Shown: positions 58,643-64,000 of the stretch, piece by piece | How positions within the stretch are numbered: position 1 is the first letter of the stretch | How the letters are laid out: every line of letters starts with the position of its first letter | NCBI GenBank assembly: GCA_002269645.1 | Contig: NIVC01001111.1 | Location: forward strand, 124,001 to 188,000 | DNA from: Macrostomum lignano | Taxonomy: Eukaryota | Reading direction: 5' to 3' | DNA length: 64,000 nucleotides | Position numbers and translations under genes: made by a program | The notes under the pieces: generated by a model | Database searches by the model: none | What the model was told of the DNA's origin: nothing | The model's input: the letters and a program-made list of their open reading frames with translations, nothing else

Positions 58643-61600
58643 TTGAACACTGAAGCTGAGTGCCAGCATGCTGCCAACCGGCTGAAGCTTGTGCAGATTA
58701 TAGATGCAGTCAAATTTCTAGCTAGCAATGGACTGCCATTCCGCGGACACTGTGACAACGGCCAACTCAATTTGGACAATCATTCATCAAATGAAGGCCT
58801 TTTTTGGGCCTTGATCAAGTACTCAGTAAGTATCTATGTACGAGGGGTGTCCGGAAAGTAGTGTTACTTTTGCTTGGTGTGGACGTATGGACAGTCACAC
58901 TTGCATGTGCTTGGTGTCATTTGAAAGTGGCAAGTCTCTTCTTTAAAATGACACCAATTGCAAGAGATTTGAATCTGTGCTTCAAGAGATATGGACGATT
59001 AAGTAGAGAAAGGTCAGTCATAGACTTACAGAACCTCAAAAATGTCAACAGAAAACTTTTACGAGTTTATCGATTTTTTCGTAATCATGGGCTGTCTATG
59101 GCCAAATGTGATGCAGTGAATGAGAGGGGCTGTCTCATAAAACTACGAGACTTGTAAAACTGCTTCTGCTGCGCCTGCAAAGTTTATTGACATTCAATTT
59201 TCAATTGTGAACTGCAAATGGATCTGCATTCAAAGACTGGGCAGCGACATGCCATCTTTACACTTTGGAGCTCCGGAACCAAATTGGCTGACATCCACAG
59301 GCAACTTTGCACAGCTCATGGCGACCATGCTGTCAGCAAGATGACAGTAAGCAGGTGGGTGGGCGAGTTTCAGGCTGGAAGAACTGACGTGAGCGATATG
59401 CCAAGGTCCGGATGCCCTGCAATTCGTGACAGCAGCAGCCTGACGGATCGCATTCTCGACTTGATTGATGAAGACTGCTGCCAGAGCATTGGGGAAATGG
59501 CCGATCGATTGGATTGCCCAAAGTCCACAGTTCACGAGTGCCTGCAGAAGATGAATCACGTCAAGCTGAGTGCCCGTTGGGTACCACGATTGCTCACTGA
59601 GGTCATGAAGCTGGATCGCAAGCAGAAATGTGTGAACAACCTGGAGCTGGTCAATCAACATGGAGGATGGGAAGCCTTTTGAGAGCTGATCGTAATTGGC
59701 GACGAGACATGGGTGCCATACTTCGACCCTCCAACGAAGCAGGAGTCAATGGTTTGGACCATTAGGGGATCTGATTCTGTACTGTACTGTTGTGTTTTTT
59801 GTTTTTTCTGGAGTAATTATGCTTGGGATAAAAGTTTTCTGTTGACATTTTTGAGGTTCTGTAAGTCTATGACTGACCTTTCTCTACTTAATCGTCCATA
59901 TCTCTTGAAGCACAGATTCAAATCTCTTGCAATTGGTGTCATTTTAAAGAAGAGACTTGCTGCTTTCAAATGACACCAAGCACATGCAAGTGTGACTGTC
60001 CATACGTCCACACCAAGCAAAAGTAACACTACTTTCCGGACACCCCTCGTACATACATGAGTCAATGGATGAAGTAGACAGTAGAAAAATAATTTGTCAA
60101 GTACATGTAGTATGCACATTTATCATTGTACATGCATTTATGAAGCAATAGTTCCATTATTATTTTATCCAACTTAGGCAAACTGCGGCAATGACATCTT
60201 GAAGCAACACATTGAAAGATGTTTTCGCCGTGCAACTTACTTGTCAAAAATCACACAGAACAGCCTGATTGACTGCCTCAAGCAATGTACTCGTACTCTG
60301 GAAAGGATCCTAGCAGATGTACGGGAAGCATTGTTTTATTTGTAAGTTATAATTTATTTGGTATCTTCTACAATTTTAAAATAAATATATAAGAGCTGAT
60401 AGAATATATCAGGCTTATCTGAGATTACAGCCATCAATCACCTGAGTGGGTGAGCACATTTTTGCAATTTTAAATTTCTTCATAGCTTCTTATGCAACCT
60501 TCATTACAGAATCATTGCTGACGAGACAACAGATTGTGCTAATCTTGAACAGATCGTTTACTGCTTGCAGTACTTCTCTCCTCAGGACAAAGTGATTACC
60601 AAGATGTTTGTTGGCTTTGAACTTGCTCCAGATCTGACTGGCAAAGGATTGGCTGCCCAGATTATTAACTTCATCAAAAGTCTTGGCCTTCAGCTACAAC
60701 ATCTTGTTGGTCAAGGCTATGATGGTGCAGCTGCAATGTCTGGCGAGCTCAATGGTGTCCAGAAGGCAGTTCGAGATAAAGCCCCACTGGCATCGTATGT
60801 ACACTGCAGCTGTCACTGCCTCAACCTTGCTTTAGCTAAGTGTGGCAATGTCAGTGAAATTGATTGCGTTATCACTACCATCAATGAAATATCAAAGTTC
60901 TTCAACAACTCACCTAAGTGAGCAGCTATACTCAAGCAACACATAGAAAAAGTGTATATGAATGCCACTCATTCGCCCTTGCAGAAGTACTGTGAAACAC
61001 ATTGGGTAGAATGCCACAATTCAGTAGCAATTTTTGCTGGAATGTTCAAAGCCATACTGCCTGCACTGGAAGAGATTGGCACCTGGCCAGCTGAGCAGAA
61101 TGGGTACAAAGCTCATTGTCACCTTAAAGCACTAGAAGATTTGTCATTTTACTTGCCATTCATTGTCCTGTGCAAGGTCTTGGCAATTACATCACCAGTT
61201 GTTGTTGCCCTGTAGGACTCAAGCATTGACCTGCTGAAGTGTGTTGAGACTGTCCATAGCATAAAAGCACAATTAGAAGAATGGTGCAATGATGACAATG
61301 AATACAGAAATTGGTTTGCCAAGGCTGAGCTGCTTCTAGGTGATGAGATAAGAATGCCTAGGCTGTGTGGTCGTCAGTGCAACCGTACTAACGTACCTGC
61401 TAAAACTGCTTCAGACTACTACCCTCGGGCTGTGTTCTATGCATATCTAGATGCTATCATTGTTGGACTAAAAAGCCAATTTGGCTCGCATGAAGCCCAG
61501 GTGTTGCAGCTATGTGCAATTGTTCTAACTTTTGCCATTAGCAATGGCTTTGAGAAGATTTGTGATGCTATGGAGTTTTATAGCTCGTTTCTCAGTGACA

Positions 61601-61962
61601 TGGACACAGTTGAGGGAGAGTTTCTCCTGTGGACTTGCAAATGGAAGGAGGCCAAGTCAAAAGGCTTTAATTTGCCAAATACAGTGACAGCCACTCTGTT
61701 AGACCTGGGCAACAATCCAACATTCCGAAACATGCGGACTTTGCTCCAAATCTTTGCCACCATCCCAGTGACAACTGCCATTGGTGAGCATGCTTTCAAC
61801 CACATTCGGCTTCTAAAGACATACCTATGCTCAACCATGACCGAAGAACATTTCTCTGGTCTTGCCATGGCATTTATTCACTGGTCTATTGCTATGAAAG
61901 TTCCAAGTGAAGAGGTGGTTGATCAATATGGTGCCAAAAACTGCCGGCTTGATTTTTGTTAA
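58643..61962 (+). pseudogene. Spliced hAT transposase pseudogene (exons about 58586-58825, 60178-60341, 60510-61962)
   Basis: LPFRGH, ATYLSKITQN, IIADETTD, GQGYDGAAAMSG, HCSCHCLNLAL, C-terminal dimerisation motif; GT-AG joins keep frame; in-frame stops at 60919 and 61213. 5' boundary uncertain. Confidence 0.85.
58841..60049 (+). mobile_element. Long-TIR mariner-like deletion derivative (1209 bp) nested in a hAT intron
   Basis: TA on both sides; 221-bp TIRs (58841-59061, 59829-60049); ORF from 59218 with HTH region, WVPRLL and IGDETWVPYFDP, premature TGA at 59680-59682, rest of catalytic domain absent. Confidence 0.9.
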
Positions 61963-63249
61963 CCGCATGACATTGCTCATTAACTATAAAGACTTGAATC
62001 TGCAATCTGAGTACTTGCTATTTTATTTGTTGTGTTGTGTTACTTAAACTTATTCATTTTCTAATATTCTCATACAATTTTTTACTATAACCTACTGAAA
62101 ATATTTTCATACTGTTATTATACTCATACTTGAATGATTGCTTCTGCCAGTTAATGCTTGTAACTTGAGAGCATGAAAAAAGTTGGCCCCCCCTCAAGAA
62201 ATTCCTGGATCCGCGCCTGGTGCACCCAGCATGATCCAGACTATGGACAATATATAGAGTGTAGCCTACAGGGTACAGGCTACAATGCAGTTTAGTACTG
62301 CAGTCTGCAATGCTGCATAAGTGAATAAGTAAATGATAAATCAATTGGGAGAGAGTGAGGGCAGGAGAAATGGAAGAGAAATGAGGTACTTCTATTTTTC
62401 AATAAGCACAAGCAGGTAAGGTATGCTACCCCCCTCCCCTGGTCCTTCAGTGTAGCAGTACATAGGTAAGTTGCAAATCTGGACAAAACAAAGTCACACT
62501 AGATGGGTAAAATTTTGAGGTTGGGCATATATGATGGAATCTTTGTATAGCAATTTTAAAATAGAAACTTATGTACAAACTTTTTGCAAGTTTCTAATTC
62601 CACAAAAATGCATAAATTTTTTATGTTGCTATAATAAAGGACCCTCTTGCAGTTTTAACAAAAGGCCTAAGCTACCTTTTTTGCAGTTTTAACTAAAAAT
62701 GACCTTTTTAGGAAGCAAGTTACCTTTTATATGCAAAAATTTGTTTTATATGTTACAAGTAGAATATAAAGCTTTTTAAATGAAATAAATAGTTCTAGGT
62801 AACTTCTAGTTTATTTATTGCAGAAGATTTTTATAAAAGGTCTAAACAACTATATAAGATTTTTTCAGTGTACATAGAAAACATTGAGAATTTTGAACAA
62901 AAAATTTTTTTCTAGTTTGTAATTTGTAATTTATTTTTTACCACTTTGATGACCTCTTTATCTGACCTAAAAAGACAAAAGCAAAGAGAAAAGTCTGATT
63001 TTTTTGTAAAAGGTCAAAAGTCTAGGGGCTCAGACAGTTAGACTATAAGTATTTTCTGAATTAGGCCTAATGTCAATGGATTAGCACTTATTAATGACTA
63101 TCAGTTGGCAAAATTTCAGACAACTTAACAGAATTAAGAGTTAAAAATTCACATTTTTTGCTTTAGGTTTAATGGCAATACTAGGTCTAATGCATGCAAT
63201 GCTTTTGTCATTGATTAATGAAATTTAGGATTTTTCCTTAGGCAGTGCT

Positions 63250-64000
63250 TATTTAGCCGGCACCGGTCGAATAAGTTCGCTACTATTTAGCCGGCACTGG
63301 TCAAATAAGTGCGTCACTATTTAGCTGGCAGTCCTGCCCTACTGCCAGTCAAATAAGTGCGTCACTATTTAGCCGGCAGTCCTGCCCCACTGCCAGTCAA
63401 ATAATCGTGTCACTATTTAGCCGGCAGTCCTGCCCCATTGCTGGTCAAATAAGTGCGTCACTATTTAGCTGGCAATTTTATAATTGCGCACTGCTCATCA
63501 TGACCTTAAATTAATAATTTAACATACTATAAGCAAACTTTTTATCCTACAATTTTGGAGTTTTTTCAATAAAGGTGTTTACAGTGGTTTTTTGGCTTTA
63601 ATGAGTGGTTTTGATTCAGAGATTAAAGTGAAAGTAAAACATGCATAATTAATTTTTAATTTGTTTATGTGTCTTCTGCTGCTATAAATAATTTCTGGAA
63701 TATGTAAGACTTCCAGAAACAATTAAACAAACTTGAAGACAAATAATAAATTGTACTAAATCTGCATTGATTTATATTTGCTGTACATACTTTGTATTGC
63801 CCAAAGTTTAAATATCTCAAATAAATATATATAATGGCTTGGCCATTGGGGGCCAGGATTGCTGGCTAAATAGTGATGAGCTTATTTGACCGGCAGTGGG
63901 GCAGGACTCCCGGCTAAATAGTGACGAGCTTATTTGACCGGCAGTGGGGCAGGACTGCTGGCTAAATAGTAGCAAACTTATTCAGCCAGTGCCGGCTAAA
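63250..64000. mobile_element. Foldback/MITE-like element with inverted arms made of about 48-bp tandem units; right end beyond window
   Basis: 63250-63475 (ctatttagccggcagtcctgccccactgccagtcaaataagtgcgtca) is the reverse complement of 63850-64000. Confidence 0.7.

Larger units (their letters stand above)
58259..62219 (+). mobile_element. hAT DNA transposon (DUF4371/ZMYM-THAP12-like transposase) with nested mariner
   Basis: Perfect 8-bp TSD GTGCACCC at 58251-58258 and 62220-62227; imperfect TIRs CAGTGGCGGATCC / (rc) CAGGCGCGGATCC. Confidence 0.9.

Overview
This is eukaryotic genomic DNA with GC-rich exons, AT-rich non-coding DNA and very dense minisatellites. The style suggests a free-living flatworm such as Macrostomum, but that is inference only. 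Four conserved spliced genes lie on the minus strand and could be assembled from GT-AG exons by hand: a Pumilio/PUF protein (5 exons, 8504-15878, about 777 aa, canonical 8-repeat code), NOMO (5 exons, 29930-36342, about 1205 aa), SHOC2/Sur-8 (4 exons, 40795-44937, about 609 aa) and mannose-6-phosphate isomerase (3 exons, 47847-52303, about 416 aa). Two less ordinary genes are an intronless 557-aa Mab-21/cGAS-like nucleotidyltransferase-fold protein that seems to have lost its catalytic acidic residues (20580-22253, +) and a candidate 83-aa type I membrane microprotein (25545-25796, -). The left edge holds an apparently intact CACTA/EnSpm transposase exon that the ORF track missed (615 codons, 1-1845, -), next to a 1-kb subterminal array. 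The right end is a decayed DNA-transposon cluster: a 1.3-kb mariner, a spliced hAT element with a perfect 8-bp TSD, a long-TIR mariner derivative nested in a hAT intron, further remnants and a foldback element. Their lesions look mostly like CpG deamination. Nearly every host intron carries its own tandem array, and tRNA-derived SINEs of at least two families (one with a swapped head) are present. No CRISPR array, rRNA or genuine tRNA gene was found. All identifications come from motif recognition by eye; no database search was run.
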